Assembly: GCA_963674785.1 (NCBI GenBank)
Contig: OY771555.1
Location: forward strand, 128,001-192,000
DNA length: 64,000 bases
Direction of reading: 5' to 3'
Origin: Caldisericia bacterium
Lineage (GTDB): Bacteria; Caldisericota; Caldisericia; JAAYUI01
The translations under genes and the position numbers were made by a program. Under the pieces are notes generated by a model. That model made no database searches. It saw nothing but the letters and a program-made list of their open reading frames with translations, and had not been told where the DNA came from. Each line of letters begins with the position of its first letter. Positions within the stretch are counted from its first letter, which is position 1. This document shows positions 21,371 through 31,290 of this stretch, piece by piece.

Positions 21371-21718
21371 CTATTCCACCAAATCAATCGGGATCATCTC
21401 TATTTGTTCACTGTCGATTGCGACAAGAAAAAACTTTTGCTCGTAATCCTCAAAACTCTTGTTTTCAGAAATAAAAACCTGACTCGCAGAAAATAATCTC
21501 TTTATTCTCGTTTCTGAAAGGCTCTCTTTTGCCACACCGAATCGATTCGATGTTCTCATTTTAACCTCAACAAAAGCAATTTCAGAAGCATTTTTTGCGA
21601 TAAGGTCTATCTCACCTTCTCTTACTTTATAGTTTTTAACAACAATACTAAATCCTAGCTTGGTAAGATGTTCACTGGCTCTTTTTTCGCCAATCTTACC
21701 AACAATCTGGTTTCTCAC
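21371..21718 (-). CDS. yraN: YraN family endonuclease-like protein
   Basis: GKIGEKRA...NYKVREGEIDLIA...FVEVKMR. Confidence 0.9.
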   Translation of the reverse strand: MRNQIVGKIGEKRASEHLTKLGFSIVVKNYKVREGEIDLIAKNASEIAFVEVKMRTSNRFGVAKESLSETRIKRLFSASQVFISENKSFEDYEQKFFLVAIDSEQIEMIPIDLVE

Positions 21719-22449
21719 TGGTTTTTTAGTAGGTCAATAATTTGGTTTTTTAGCTCTCCAGGGATTGTCTCTTTTTCGGAATCCCTTGAGATGATAAACT
21801 CAGAAAGATCGTTTGAGTGCAAGACTTTGATTGGAGAGTCAGTGATTCTAAGTGTTGTGTTTGGATGTGTGAAAACAACAACAGGTTCAATCCAGAGTCC
21901 ATCGGTGTTTTCTGCTACTGATTCATCAATCACTTCCTTCAACTCCCAAGTTGAACGTTTGATTTGTCTTGCTGGATTTCCTATATGCCCTCTATAAAAT
22001 CCACCTGCACGACCCCTTTTCAAATAGCTCCATTCTTCTCCCTGCCCATATATCTCACCGTTATAGTGTTTGCTTTCGATTGCAAATATTGCGGATTTCC
22101 CAACAACAATGTGATCAATATCACAATTTCTGCCTTTCAGCGAAATATTATTTAAAAGGGTGAAGTCATCGGAAATTTTCTCCAATGTCTTTGGAACGAC
22201 CTTTTGACCAGCAAGACCAGCTCTCCAGATTGCAATCTCTCCAGCTCTATTCATCAACACTATTCCACCAAAAAGAAAGAGTATAGTTCCGAGAATTATT
22301 AACATCCATGGCTGAAAAACACCGTCTGACGAGATTCCATAAGCAACAGCCACGAGTCCAAGTAAGATTAAAACAAAACCGCCAATAACTCCAAAAGTTT
22401 CTTTGACTATTTTTCTTTTTACAAAATCTCTTTTATTAATGACTAACAT
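21715..22449 (-). CDS. Membrane-anchored NERD-domain nuclease-like protein
   Basis: Two TM helices then DIDHIVVG..AIFAIESKHYNG...NPARQ. Confidence 0.85.
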   Translation of the reverse strand: MLVINKRDFVKRKIVKETFGVIGGFVLILLGLVAVAYGISSDGVFQPWMLIILGTILFLFGGIVLMNRAGEIAIWRAGLAGQKVVPKTLEKISDDFTLLNNISLKGRNCDIDHIVVGKSAIFAIESKHYNGEIYGQGEEWSYLKRGRAGGFYRGHIGNPARQIKRSTWELKEVIDESVAENTDGLWIEPVVVFTHPNTTLRITDSPIKVLHSNDLSEFIISRDSEKETIPGELKNQIIDLLKNQ

Positions 22450-23003
22450 ATCCTGAAGCTCCTTCTATGTATCCTTGAAAGCGCATTTTCCTTTATCGCC
22501 CTAAAATGCTCTGCGGTTCCATACCCTTTATTTTTTTCAAACCCATACTCTCGATAGATTTTTGAATACGTATACATGATATAGTCTCTTACGACTTTAG
22601 CAACAATTGAGGCTGCGGCAATTGCCTGAAATATTGAATCCCCTTTGACAACAGACTCAACACAAGATGGCATATCATTGGGGATATGTGGTCCATCAAT
22701 TAGAATCTTACCATCGGGATGATCAGAAAAAATGTCGAGAGCAACTCTCTTCATTCCACCCATAACAGCTCTAGAAATTCCATTTTCATCGATAAAATCA
22801 TTCGAAATAACGGTTAGACTTACTAAAGAACTTTCTAGAATAATATTTGCCAAAAGAGTTCTCTTTTTTTCAGATAATTTCTTTGAATCGTTAACATCTT
22901 CAATTGATTCGAACAATTTGCAACCACAAATAACAAGGGGGCCTGCAATAGGCCCCCTTCCTGCTTCGTCAATTCCAATGTGATTTTTATCAAATATTAA
23001 AAT
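22443..23003 (-). CDS. rnhB: Ribonuclease HII (probable ATT start)
   Basis: The catalytic GIDEAGRGPIAGP lies in frame upstream of the listed TTG (22916). Also DSKKL, LIDG, KGD...AAASIVAKVVRD, KGYGT. No ATG/GTG/TTG precedes the motif; ATT at 23003 follows AGGTAGGA. Confidence 0.9.
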   Translation of the reverse strand: MLIFDKNHIGIDEAGRGPIAGPLVICGCKLFESIEDVNDSKKLSEKKRTLLANIILESSLVSLTVISNDFIDENGISRAVMGGMKRVALDIFSDHPDGKILIDGPHIPNDMPSCVESVVKGDSIFQAIAAASIVAKVVRDYIMYTYSKIYREYGFEKNKGYGTAEHFRAIKENALSRIHRRSFRIC

Positions 23004-23010
23004 GCAGTTC

Positions 23011-23595
23011 CTACCTGATTATATGAAATCTATTGAGAGGCCAGAAAATAACAAATGCCTCACCAACAATACTCTTTTTTTCAATTGGCCCAAACGATCT
23101 GGAGTCTTTTGAAGAATCTCTATTGTCTCCAAGAACAAAATACTCGTTATCACCAAGCAACTCTCCACGCTTATGGCCTTCAGATTCTGGAGGGAGGACT
23201 TCTTGGCTATAATCGGTATCTGGAAACTTGTTCTCTTCAATAAACGGAACACCGTTTAAATAAACAGTTTTTGTATCTTGATCGTAGTCAATCCACTCGC
23301 CCGGAAGACCAATAACACGTTTGATATACTCTTCGCCATTATTCACACTTTTTGGTGGGTGAAAAACAACAATATCGCCACGTTTGGGTCCCGCCGAGAT
23401 AAAAGCAAGCTTATTCACAAGAATCAGATCATCGTTGAGAATAGTCGGAGTCATTGAACCCATCTGCACCCTAAAAGGTTGAACCAAAAAAGTTCTGACA
23501 CCAAAGGCAAGCAGCAGCGCAAGGACTACAACCGCGATCCACTCAAGAATCTCTCTTCTTTTCGACTTTGTTTTAGGAGAAGCTAATTCGGACAC
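23011..23595 (-). CDS. lepB: Signal peptidase I (paralog 4)
   Basis: GSMTPT, YIKRVIGLPGE, GDNRDSSKDSR. Confidence 0.93.
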   Translation of the reverse strand: MSELASPKTKSKRREILEWIAVVVLALLLAFGVRTFLVQPFRVQMGSMTPTILNDDLILVNKLAFISAGPKRGDIVVFHPPKSVNNGEEYIKRVIGLPGEWIDYDQDTKTVYLNGVPFIEENKFPDTDYSQEVLPPESEGHKRGELLGDNEYFVLGDNRDSSKDSRSFGPIEKKSIVGEAFVIFWPLNRFHIIR

Positions 23596-23598
23596 TTT

Positions 23599-23982
23599 TT
23601 AGTTCTCTTCCGATTTTTTAGCTTTTGTTTCCTTTCTAACAATCCTGTCTTTAAGACGCTGTTTCTTACCAATCCTGTCTCTAAGGTAGTAAAGTTTTGC
23701 CCTTCTGATTTTACCGTGTCTGACAACTTCAATTTTGTCAACAAGCGGGGAATGTAGTGGATAAACTTTTTCTACTCCAAGGTTCTTTACAACTTTTCTT
23801 ACAGTAAAAGTTTCAGCTACTCCGCCATTTTTTCTTGCAATCACGGTTCCTTCAAATATCTGAATCCTTGTTTTTGATCCTTCAGTAATTTTCTGATAGA
23901 CCTTTACTGTATCACCGATCTCAAAACAATTCGGATCCTTCTTGAGCTGATCCTTCACCACATCTCTAAGTAATGACTGCAT
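23599..23982 (-). CDS. rplS: 50S ribosomal protein L19
   Basis: GDTVKV...RIQIFEG...ETFTVRK...RRAKLYYLR; ATG at 23982. Confidence 0.97.
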   Translation of the reverse strand: MQSLLRDVVKDQLKKDPNCFEIGDTVKVYQKITEGSKTRIQIFEGTVIARKNGGVAETFTVRKVVKNLGVEKVYPLHSPLVDKIEVVRHGKIRRAKLYYLRDRIGKKQRLKDRIVRKETKAKKSEEN

Positions 23983-24092
23983 TTTATTCCTTCCTAATCT
24001 CCCTGGCAAAGGACACACCTAACCCAGGGCATACTTCTCATAACAGAATATCGAATATATGGTAGTGTAGGACAATATTCAAGTATTTTGTT

Positions 24093-24644
24093 TTAAGGAA
24101 TAAACTGAAAATGCCCAGGTGGCAGAAAAATTAAAAACGCTTTTCCAAGAATCTTTGACTTTTTGACAGGTCCAAAGGCTCTCGAATCAAGTGAGTGTGA
24201 ACGATTATCACCAATAACGTAGTACTCATCTTCACCAATCAACTCACCAGATGCAGAATCACTGTTTTCGAGATTTGTTATTTCTCCAGTTGGGTCAGAT
24301 AAAACATGGTCGCTGGTTTCAGAAATTCTTTCACCATCAATCCATATCTCTCCAGCTTTATATTCAATTCTTTCCCCGGGAAGCCCAACAACTCTTTTGA
24401 TATAGTCATCTTTCCCAGTATATGGTGGTTCAAAAATAACAATATCCCCTCTTTTTGGTCCATCAAAAATATACGCCATTCTATTTACAAGGATATAATC
24501 ACCATCATTTAGTGTGGGATACATTGAACTCATTCTCACCTGTCTGGGCTCAATTGCATAAACCCTGACAACCATCGCAAGACCAATAATCACAGTAAGA
24601 ACAACTACCCACTCGAGAATTTTCCTCATCTGTTTACTTTTCAT
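24093..24644 (-). CDS. lepB: Signal peptidase I (paralog 3)
   Basis: SSMYPT, YIKRVVGLPGE, GDNRSHSLDSR. Confidence 0.93.
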   Translation of the reverse strand: MKSKQMRKILEWVVVLTVIIGLAMVVRVYAIEPRQVRMSSMYPTLNDGDYILVNRMAYIFDGPKRGDIVIFEPPYTGKDDYIKRVVGLPGERIEYKAGEIWIDGERISETSDHVLSDPTGEITNLENSDSASGELIGEDEYYVIGDNRSHSLDSRAFGPVKKSKILGKAFLIFLPPGHFQFIP

Positions 24645-24657
24645 TTCACACTAACTT

Positions 24658-25206
24658 TTACTTTATGAGACCAACATGGTCAAGAGGCCAAAAGACGAAA
24701 AAGGCTTTCCCAACAATCTGATTTCTTTTTATCGGGCCAAAACTTCTTGAATCCATGGACACATTTCTATGGTCCCCAACAACATAATACTCATCTGAAT
24801 TAAGCTTTATCCCTTTTTCAAGAATCTCGGAAGCAGAATTAAAATCTTGCTTATAGTCTGTTTTTTGTTTATCACTATTTTCAACAAAAAGTTTTCCATT
24901 GATATAAATCTCATCGCCTGAGACAGAAATGTATTCACCCGGAAGACCGATAACCCTTTTTATTAAATCATCTCCAAAACCTTTATTTGGATGGAAAACT
25001 ATCACATCTCCACGTTTTGGTTTAGATGTATAATAACACATCTTGTTTATGAAGACTCTGTCATGATCTTCGATCGTTGGATACATAGAAGATTGTCTCA
25101 CACCCCTTGGTTCAAATGCATAAATCCTTGTCACCAAAGTAAGGGATGATGCAAAAACTATTGCCAAAACCCAACTTATAATCTCTTTTCTTAAACTACT
25201 TTTCAT
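24658..25206 (-). CDS. lepB: Signal peptidase I (paralog 2)
   Basis: SSMYPT, LIKRVIGLPGE, GDHRNVSMDSR; ATG 25206 after GGAGGGG. Confidence 0.92.
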   Translation of the reverse strand: MKSSLRKEIISWVLAIVFASSLTLVTRIYAFEPRGVRQSSMYPTIEDHDRVFINKMCYYTSKPKRGDVIVFHPNKGFGDDLIKRVIGLPGEYISVSGDEIYINGKLFVENSDKQKTDYKQDFNSASEILEKGIKLNSDEYYVVGDHRNVSMDSRSFGPIKRNQIVGKAFFVFWPLDHVGLIK

Positions 25207-25223
25207 AAAAACCCCTCCAACAA

Positions 25224-25757
25224 TCAAAAAATACTCAGGTGATCAAGTGGCCACATAACTATCAAAACCTGACCCTTGATAAGTTCTTTCTCAATCGGCC
25301 CAAATGCTCTTGAGTCTCTGGAGACATCTCTGTTGTCCCCTAATACATAATACTCGTCATCCCCCAGAATAATTCCATCGTCCGAGTTGCTTATTTGCAT
25401 TCGGTTCGAGGCTTCAAAATTATGTCTAATGTTATCTTTGTCAAAAATCTTGCCATTTACAACAAGTTTACTTCCATTGTCTTCAATCACATCACCAGGT
25501 AAACCTACGACTCTTTTAACAAGGTCTTCTTCTTTATCAGGTGACCTGAAAACGATAATGTCCCCTCGATGGGGTTTTCCAAACGAATATGCAAGTTTTG
25601 AAACAAGGATAATATCCCCGTCCATAAGAGTTGGAAGCATTGATCTCTGTCTAACCTGTCTTGGTTCTAGAACGGATACTCTCAGGAAATAAAAAACTGT
25701 CAATACCAGAAGTATCGACACAGCCATTTTTATAGAATTTGCAAAAACTTTATTCAT
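25224..25757 (-). CDS. lepB: Signal peptidase I (paralog 1)
   Basis: RSMLPT, LVKRVVGLPGD, GDNRDVSRDSR. Confidence 0.92.
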   Translation of the reverse strand: MNKVFANSIKMAVSILLVLTVFYFLRVSVLEPRQVRQRSMLPTLMDGDIILVSKLAYSFGKPHRGDIIVFRSPDKEEDLVKRVVGLPGDVIEDNGSKLVVNGKIFDKDNIRHNFEASNRMQISNSDDGIILGDDEYYVLGDNRDVSRDSRAFGPIEKELIKGQVLIVMWPLDHLSIF

Positions 25758-26301
25758 CTCTAAGACCATACAACCTATCAAGAATAATTGCTCCAGCAGC
25801 TCGAACCGAAAGATGATTAAACTCGGTTGGTCCGCAGATAGGATTCAGAATATAATCACATCTTTTCATCGTCTCATCCGTCAAACCCCAACCTGTTCCA
25901 AGAATTATCATTATGTTTTCTAGTTCCAATTTTCTGAAATCACCAAAGCTTATTGAATTTTCATTTCTCTTTGCACTGGTGCCAATGATACGAGGTTTCG
26001 CACCTGCGATCTTTGTAAAGTCTTCAATCGCCAAATCGAAATTGGGAGTTATTCTGCAAAGCTCAAGTGCATGTGATCTGTGTGGATTCCACGTCCTTCC
26101 ACCACCAACATTCCAGAAACCAAGGATTCTCTCAACGATTCCTCTCTGAAGTGGAGCAGGATGAGTGATGTAAAACCTATCAATTCCAAATGTTCTACTT
26201 GACCTTGCAAGGTCGTGAATATCAAATGGAGTCACAGATGAAGCTTGAATTTCATTTTTCCTGTCAAGTACCGGATGATGTATGAGGACGAGTGATTTCA
26301 A
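25750..26301 (-). CDS. SPOUT-family RNA methyltransferase (TrmD-associated)
   Basis: LIHHPV...DIHDLARSSRTFG...GTGWGL...FNHLSVRAA. Confidence 0.88.
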   Translation of the reverse strand: MKSLVLIHHPVLDRKNEIQASSVTPFDIHDLARSSRTFGIDRFYITHPAPLQRGIVERILGFWNVGGGRTWNPHRSHALELCRITPNFDLAIEDFTKIAGAKPRIIGTSAKRNENSISFGDFRKLELENIMIILGTGWGLTDETMKRCDYILNPICGPTEFNHLSVRAAGAIILDRLYGLRDE

Positions 26302-27044
26302 AGTTTTTCCTCCAGCTCTTTTATCTCAGATATGATTTTTAGGAGAATTTTTTTGTCAGTATTACAAAGATCAGCATTTAAAAGGAGGTCGGGTCTCATC
26401 ATAAGTGTTCTTCTGAGTGCCTGTTCAGTTCTCCACTGCGAGATCTTTTTGTGATTACCAGATCTGAGGATTTTTGGAACCTCTGATTCCAAAAGTTCTG
26501 CAGGTCTAGTGTATTGAGGATATTCGAGAAGATTGTCATCAAAAGATTCAACATCAAGTGAATCGTGTTTGCCAAGAATGCCTGGAATCAATCTTGTGAC
26601 GGCATCAGCCATCGCAAGTGCTGCAAACTCGCCACCTGTCATTATAAAATCACCGAGTGATAACCAATCTGTGCAATAGGAGGAGACTCTTTCATCAATT
26701 CCTTCGTAGTGCCCACATATAAAAGTAATGGCGGGAGCGTTTGAAAGGTCTTTTGCAATTTTCTGGTTGAAGGTTTTCCCAGCAGGCGAGGTCAAGACAA
26801 TCCTGGAATCCTCTGGTAAATCAAGTGAGTTAAGTAACCTGAAAATAGGTTCAGGTTTCATAAGCATTCCGGCACCACCACCATACGGTGTATCATCAGT
26901 TGTATTGTGCCGATCTCCCGAAAAATCCCTGATGTTTATTGCCTGAAATTCAAGGAGGCCAGCCTCTACTGCCCTCCCCATTATTGAAACTCCACAAGAG
27001 TTTTCAAAAAACGACGGGAAGGTCGTTGCAAAGACCAGCCTCAA
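26298..27044 (-). CDS. trmD: tRNA (guanine-N1)-methyltransferase
   Basis: DDTPYGGGAGM, CGHYEGIDER, GDFIMTGGE, LEYPQYTRP. Confidence 0.97.
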   Translation of the reverse strand: MRLVFATTFPSFFENSCGVSIMGRAVEAGLLEFQAINIRDFSGDRHNTTDDTPYGGGAGMLMKPEPIFRLLNSLDLPEDSRIVLTSPAGKTFNQKIAKDLSNAPAITFICGHYEGIDERVSSYCTDWLSLGDFIMTGGEFAALAMADAVTRLIPGILGKHDSLDVESFDDNLLEYPQYTRPAELLESEVPKILRSGNHKKISQWRTEQALRRTLMMRPDLLLNADLCNTDKKILLKIISEIKELEEKL

Positions 27045-27053
27045 AATTAATTC

Positions 27054-27458
27054 CTAACCTTCGGTTATTGATTGAACAATTCCATCTTTCACAACAATCT
27101 CTGCTGCGCCAAGCTTTGAATCAAGATTATCTCCTACTTTGATTTCGGTTGTTCCCTCAAGTAATCCCTGATTGAACAAATCTCCGTCCTTCATTTTGGA
27201 AACCTGATTCACTCTTGACTCGAGCTCCTTGATCGTTGCTTCTCTGGAGCTTTTTTCTCTTTCAAGCTGTTCTTTGACCTGCATAATCTGGTTATAATCC
27301 ATACTACCAGTTTTAAGCATGAGCTGTTGCTCTGATGATTTCAGCTTATCAAGTTCAACCTTGATCTCTGAGATCATACTCTGAACTTGTCCTGAGAACT
27401 GTTTTCTGAATTCTTCCGTAACCACCGATTTGAGGGTTACTTTTCTGTTAATCAACAC
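27054..27458 (-). CDS. ylqD: YlqD family protein
   Basis: RKVTLKSVVTEEFR...QG...VGDN...EIVVKDGIV. Confidence 0.85.
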   Translation of the reverse strand: MLINRKVTLKSVVTEEFRKQFSGQVQSMISEIKVELDKLKSSEQQLMLKTGSMDYNQIMQVKEQLEREKSSREATIKELESRVNQVSKMKDGDLFNQGLLEGTTEIKVGDNLDSKLGAAEIVVKDGIVQSITEG

Positions 27459-27701
27459 TTATTCAGAGGCCTCAATAACGTTTACTTCAGCTTTTTTACC
27501 ATGTTTGTTGGAGACGGCACGGATGAGAACACGGAGAGCGTTAATTGTGCGACCCTGTTTACCAATGACTTTTCCGAGATCAGCCTGGTCAACTTTGATT
27601 TCATATGTGAGGTGCTGTTCGCCAACGAGTTCGTTAATGTCTACCATGTCTGGGTTATCAACAAGCTGCTTTACGATGTAATTGAGTGTGTCTTTAAACA
27701 T
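27459..27701 (-). CDS. khpA: KH-domain RNA-binding protein KhpA
   Basis: LVDNPD...DLGKVIGKQGRTINALR; follows rpsP. Confidence 0.93.
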   Translation of the reverse strand: MFKDTLNYIVKQLVDNPDMVDINELVGEQHLTYEIKVDQADLGKVIGKQGRTINALRVLIRAVSNKHGKKAEVNVIEASE

Positions 27702-27705
27702 AATG

Positions 27706-28011
27706 TTAATCCTCCTGGTTAGTGGCAGAATCTGCCTGCTTTGTGTTTGTCTTCTGTTCCTGATACTTTGCCCATGTCCCCGTCTGCTTCAGCATTGCTA
27801 GTGCTGAATCGGTGTATTCAACTCCGACTCCGAGCCAGTAGAGAACTCTGTCCTCATTATAGTTGGATACTTTGTTATCATGAATGAAATCGATGTGTCC
27901 AAGCAGTTCGATATAATCACTGCTTGTTGCCTGTTTTCTGTCCATAACAACAAGACGGAAGCTGGGTTCGTGCTTCTTACCTACGCGTACAAGTTTGAGT
28001 TTCGCGGCCAA
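27706..28011 (-). CDS. rpsP: 30S ribosomal protein S16
   Basis: KLKLVRVGKKHEPSFRLVV...YIELLG...YWLGVG; TTG start at 28011. Confidence 0.93.
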   Translation of the reverse strand: MAAKLKLVRVGKKHEPSFRLVVMDRKQATSSDYIELLGHIDFIHDNKVSNYNEDRVLYWLGVGVEYTDSALAMLKQTGTWAKYQEQKTNTKQADSATNQED

Positions 28012-28188
28012 TTTGGTCTGGTCCCCCTTCTTTTGATTATGTTGCAATCGTGGAATTTTATGTATCTACCGCTGATTGTCAAGTGATTTAGGTTATAAGA
28101 ATGTTTTTAAGATGTTTACATTTATTTTTATCTAGTTATTGCACCCATATGAAACTCGAGTAGAATAGCACAAAACACTGGAGGAGCG

Positions 28189-29700
28189 ATGAAAAATAAA
28201 ACGATAACAGCCATAGCAATAACAGTATCAGTTATTATTGTTGCAGGAATTGGAGCATTTGCACTTATGAGCATCTGGAAGAATTCCTCAATAGATCCAC
28301 TTGCATTTATACCAGAAGATTGCGGATTCTACGCCGTCTTTGATTCAGGTTTAAACATGGAGGATGTAAAAAGACCTATCGAATCACTTGGAGACACATA
28401 CAAAAACGAATTTGAAGACTATTTTGACGAATTCATGGAGACTGACCTTTCATTTCTAAACCTCAACGGTTTTGTTGTGAAGAACTCCGACAGCATTTTA
28501 TCACAGGATTTTGTTATTGGTCTTGAAATCACAGATAAAGCTGGTGCAAGAAAAGGGCTAGAAAATATCTACAATATCTTTGATTTTGAAGATAAACCCG
28601 AAATTATTGAAGATGAAAAAGGATTCATAAAAATCGGGGATGATTTTGTGTGTTTTGTTGAAAAGAACTTCCTGCTAATATCTCAAAGCTCAAGAGCAAT
28701 AAATGATGTCCTTGATGTAAAATCAGGGGAAGATAAATCCATAATGGAAAATGCCGATTGGAAGAAAATCAGCCACGAATTGTCCACTAAATTTTCAATT
28801 TTTGTACAAGTCCCCCTGGGTAAAGAACCTCTTGTTGTCGCTGCAACAGAACTTTCAGAAAAGACTTCGGAGCATGGATTAGAGATAATACTTATCGAAG
28901 GGCGTCAAAGATTGAAGTCATCAATTCCAGATAAAGAAACAAGAGAAATAATCGCACTTTTTGATGAAGTTTTCGAAAATAGCCGAGATTTGTCAGGCAT
29001 TCTGTCGATGCTTCCCGATGCACCAATTGTTGGCGCTGCTTCTATGATTCCAAATTTCAACCTAGACATTTCAGACTCCAATGATAAGAATGTTTTCTTG
29101 GATGGTGATTATGGTTTCTGGGTCGACCCTGATGAATTCAATTCCCCAGCTATTTTTTGTCAGCTTATGAAGCCAACGGGTGTTTCAACAAGTAAACTTC
29201 TTGAATACATTTTCCCAGAGGATGAATTCAAGATTGAAGATAATCTGGGTGTAAAAGAAATTTATTCTTCCTTCTTTTTTCCAATGTCCCCATTTAATGA
29301 TGAAGAACTAGAAGAGATTTCATTTGAAACCGAACCATCTTTTTTTGCATCAGAAAAGAACGGAACAGCAATTATCTCAACAGAAATTGATGCCCTGGAT
29401 TTTCAGCCATCCAAAAAGAACATAAAAACTGAGGATGCGGTGGCTTACTGCATAATCGATTTCAAAACCATGATTCAAAACAGTCTTGATTCAATAAAGG
29501 ATTCCGAATATCAACCCGCATACGGATTAGATGAATACAAGGAAAGACTAAAGAAAATCGATCTTAAAGCAGTGATCAGACTCTATGAAAAGGACACAGA
29601 TATGAGACTTAAACTCTCGTTCTCTGGTGATTTAAAAGAAATAAAATCAATATTGATGGATGCTGCTGGCGAGATAACAAAAGAATCAAGTGAACAATAG
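28189..29700 (+). CDS. Membrane-anchored acidic exported protein (DUF3352-like), paralog A
   Basis: N-terminal TM; shares WKK..ELS..FS, GLEIIL..GR and SRDLS..LPD with the next gene. Confidence 0.65.
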   Translation: MKNKTITAIAITVSVIIVAGIGAFALMSIWKNSSIDPLAFIPEDCGFYAVFDSGLNMEDVKRPIESLGDTYKNEFEDYFDEFMETDLSFLNLNGFVVKNSDSILSQDFVIGLEITDKAGARKGLENIYNIFDFEDKPEIIEDEKGFIKIGDDFVCFVEKNFLLISQSSRAINDVLDVKSGEDKSIMENADWKKISHELSTKFSIFVQVPLGKEPLVVAATELSEKTSEHGLEIILIEGRQRLKSSIPDKETREIIALFDEVFENSRDLSGILSMLPDAPIVGAASMIPNFNLDISDSNDKNVFLDGDYGFWVDPDEFNSPAIFCQLMKPTGVSTSKLLEYIFPEDEFKIEDNLGVKEIYSSFFFPMSPFNDEELEEISFETEPSFFASEKNGTAIISTEIDALDFQPSKKNIKTEDAVAYCIIDFKTMIQNSLDSIKDSEYQPAYGLDEYKERLKKIDLKAVIRLYEKDTDMRLKLSFSGDLKEIKSILMDAAGEITKESSEQ

Positions 29701-29785
29701 CCTATCCAAAGCATATTAAAAACGATAACTAAATCCTTGTGTCAAAATAAGAAAGCAGATACTATTTTCGGTGTTTGGAGGAAAC

Positions 29786-31252
29786 ATGAAAAATAAAATT
29801 ACTGTTGTTTTAATAACCGTTCTTTTGGTTATTTTTATTGGTGGGGCAGTCTCACTTGGGCTTGTGGCTGATGCAAACGAGAATTCTCCTGGTCAGACAG
29901 ATTACGCCAGTGAAAATGCTATGTTGTTTGTGCAGTTTGACTTAGAGTACAACGCTCAAGATTTGATTGACGAAGTAAAACTTGTAATTCCGATGTTTGA
30001 AGATTTGATTGATGAAGAATTTGTTGGATTACTTGATTTTGATTACTCATTCATAGACCTAGCGGGTTTTTATGTATTCGAGTCATACAGCGAAATTGAC
30101 TACTCAATAAACAGCACCTTTGGGTTAAGGCTTTCAGGGGAAGGTGATCCTGAAAAAGGAATCGAATCAATTCTTGGCTATCTTGAAGAAACTTTTGAAT
30201 TAGGAATTGAACATACAGACGAAGGCTACATAATCATTGATAACATCTACACAATGTATTTGGCTGAAGACTACATTCTTTTTGCTGAAGATACTCAATC
30301 AATTGAGTTTGCTCTTGACATAAAAGAGAACGACAAGCCAACCATCGCTGATAGTCCCAATTGGAAAAAAGTTGAAAACGATTTATCTAAAAACTTCTCT
30401 TTCCTCATTAACTACCCATCCTTTATGGGCGAAAGCAGCATTCCAATTGCTGGAACATATATAAATCCAAGCAAAAATGAATATGGAATCGAACTTATTC
30501 TGGTTGATGGAAGAGAACAATTCGAAAACATGTTTTCTTTTGATGCTACGGGAGAGATTGCATCAAGTCTCAACTCTCTTTTTGATCAATCCAGAGACCT
30601 GTCAGATACAATATCATATCTTCCTGACACTGGACTTCGTGGGGCAATTGCTGGAATCCCAAATTTCGATGAATATTTCACTACTGTCGAGTTTCTTGAG
30701 GGCAGCAATGGGTATTGGTTAGACCTAGAAGATGAGTATCTTGGTAAAGAAGGTTTGATGTATGAGGCAACTGACATTGAACCAAAAGAGCTTCTTCTGA
30801 AGCTCTATCCTGAGAAAACTTACCACTATGAAGAAACCGAAGATGGGTTTGAGCTATACAGACTTCCATTCTTTTTTGATCCGTCAGAGGATGAATTTGA
30901 CATAACCGACAAAACTCCAGATTTGTTTTGTCAAATCGATGAAAGCAAGATATACGTCGTCTCAGACGAATCAATGAAACAAGAAACCTGGGAAAAATCA
31001 GAATTCAAGGATACTGGTGATTCTGTAGCATTCTTTGAGCTTGACTATGGAGAATTGCTCGAATCGATGGCTTCATCTGATGATGAAATGGGTTTTGGAA
31101 TTGATCCATCTCTTTTAGCGGGACTTGTCAAGGAAGCTGACATAAAAGTAAACGTCAGATTATTTGAATTAAAACCAAATATAAAGCTTGATGTAATTAT
31201 GAGTGGCGACTTCGAACTGCTTTCTGAGCTTGTTGAGAGTCTATTGCCTTGA
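29786..31252 (+). CDS. Membrane-anchored acidic exported protein (DUF3352-like), paralog B
   Basis: MKNKIT after GGAGG; homologous to 28189-29700. Confidence 0.65.
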   Translation: MKNKITVVLITVLLVIFIGGAVSLGLVADANENSPGQTDYASENAMLFVQFDLEYNAQDLIDEVKLVIPMFEDLIDEEFVGLLDFDYSFIDLAGFYVFESYSEIDYSINSTFGLRLSGEGDPEKGIESILGYLEETFELGIEHTDEGYIIIDNIYTMYLAEDYILFAEDTQSIEFALDIKENDKPTIADSPNWKKVENDLSKNFSFLINYPSFMGESSIPIAGTYINPSKNEYGIELILVDGREQFENMFSFDATGEIASSLNSLFDQSRDLSDTISYLPDTGLRGAIAGIPNFDEYFTTVEFLEGSNGYWLDLEDEYLGKEGLMYEATDIEPKELLLKLYPEKTYHYEETEDGFELYRLPFFFDPSEDEFDITDKTPDLFCQIDESKIYVVSDESMKQETWEKSEFKDTGDSVAFFELDYGELLESMASSDDEMGFGIDPSLLAGLVKEADIKVNVRLFELKPNIKLDVIMSGDFELLSELVESLLP

Positions 31253-31290
31253 TATTTTAATATATTTCATCTATACTTAGGCAAGCGCAG

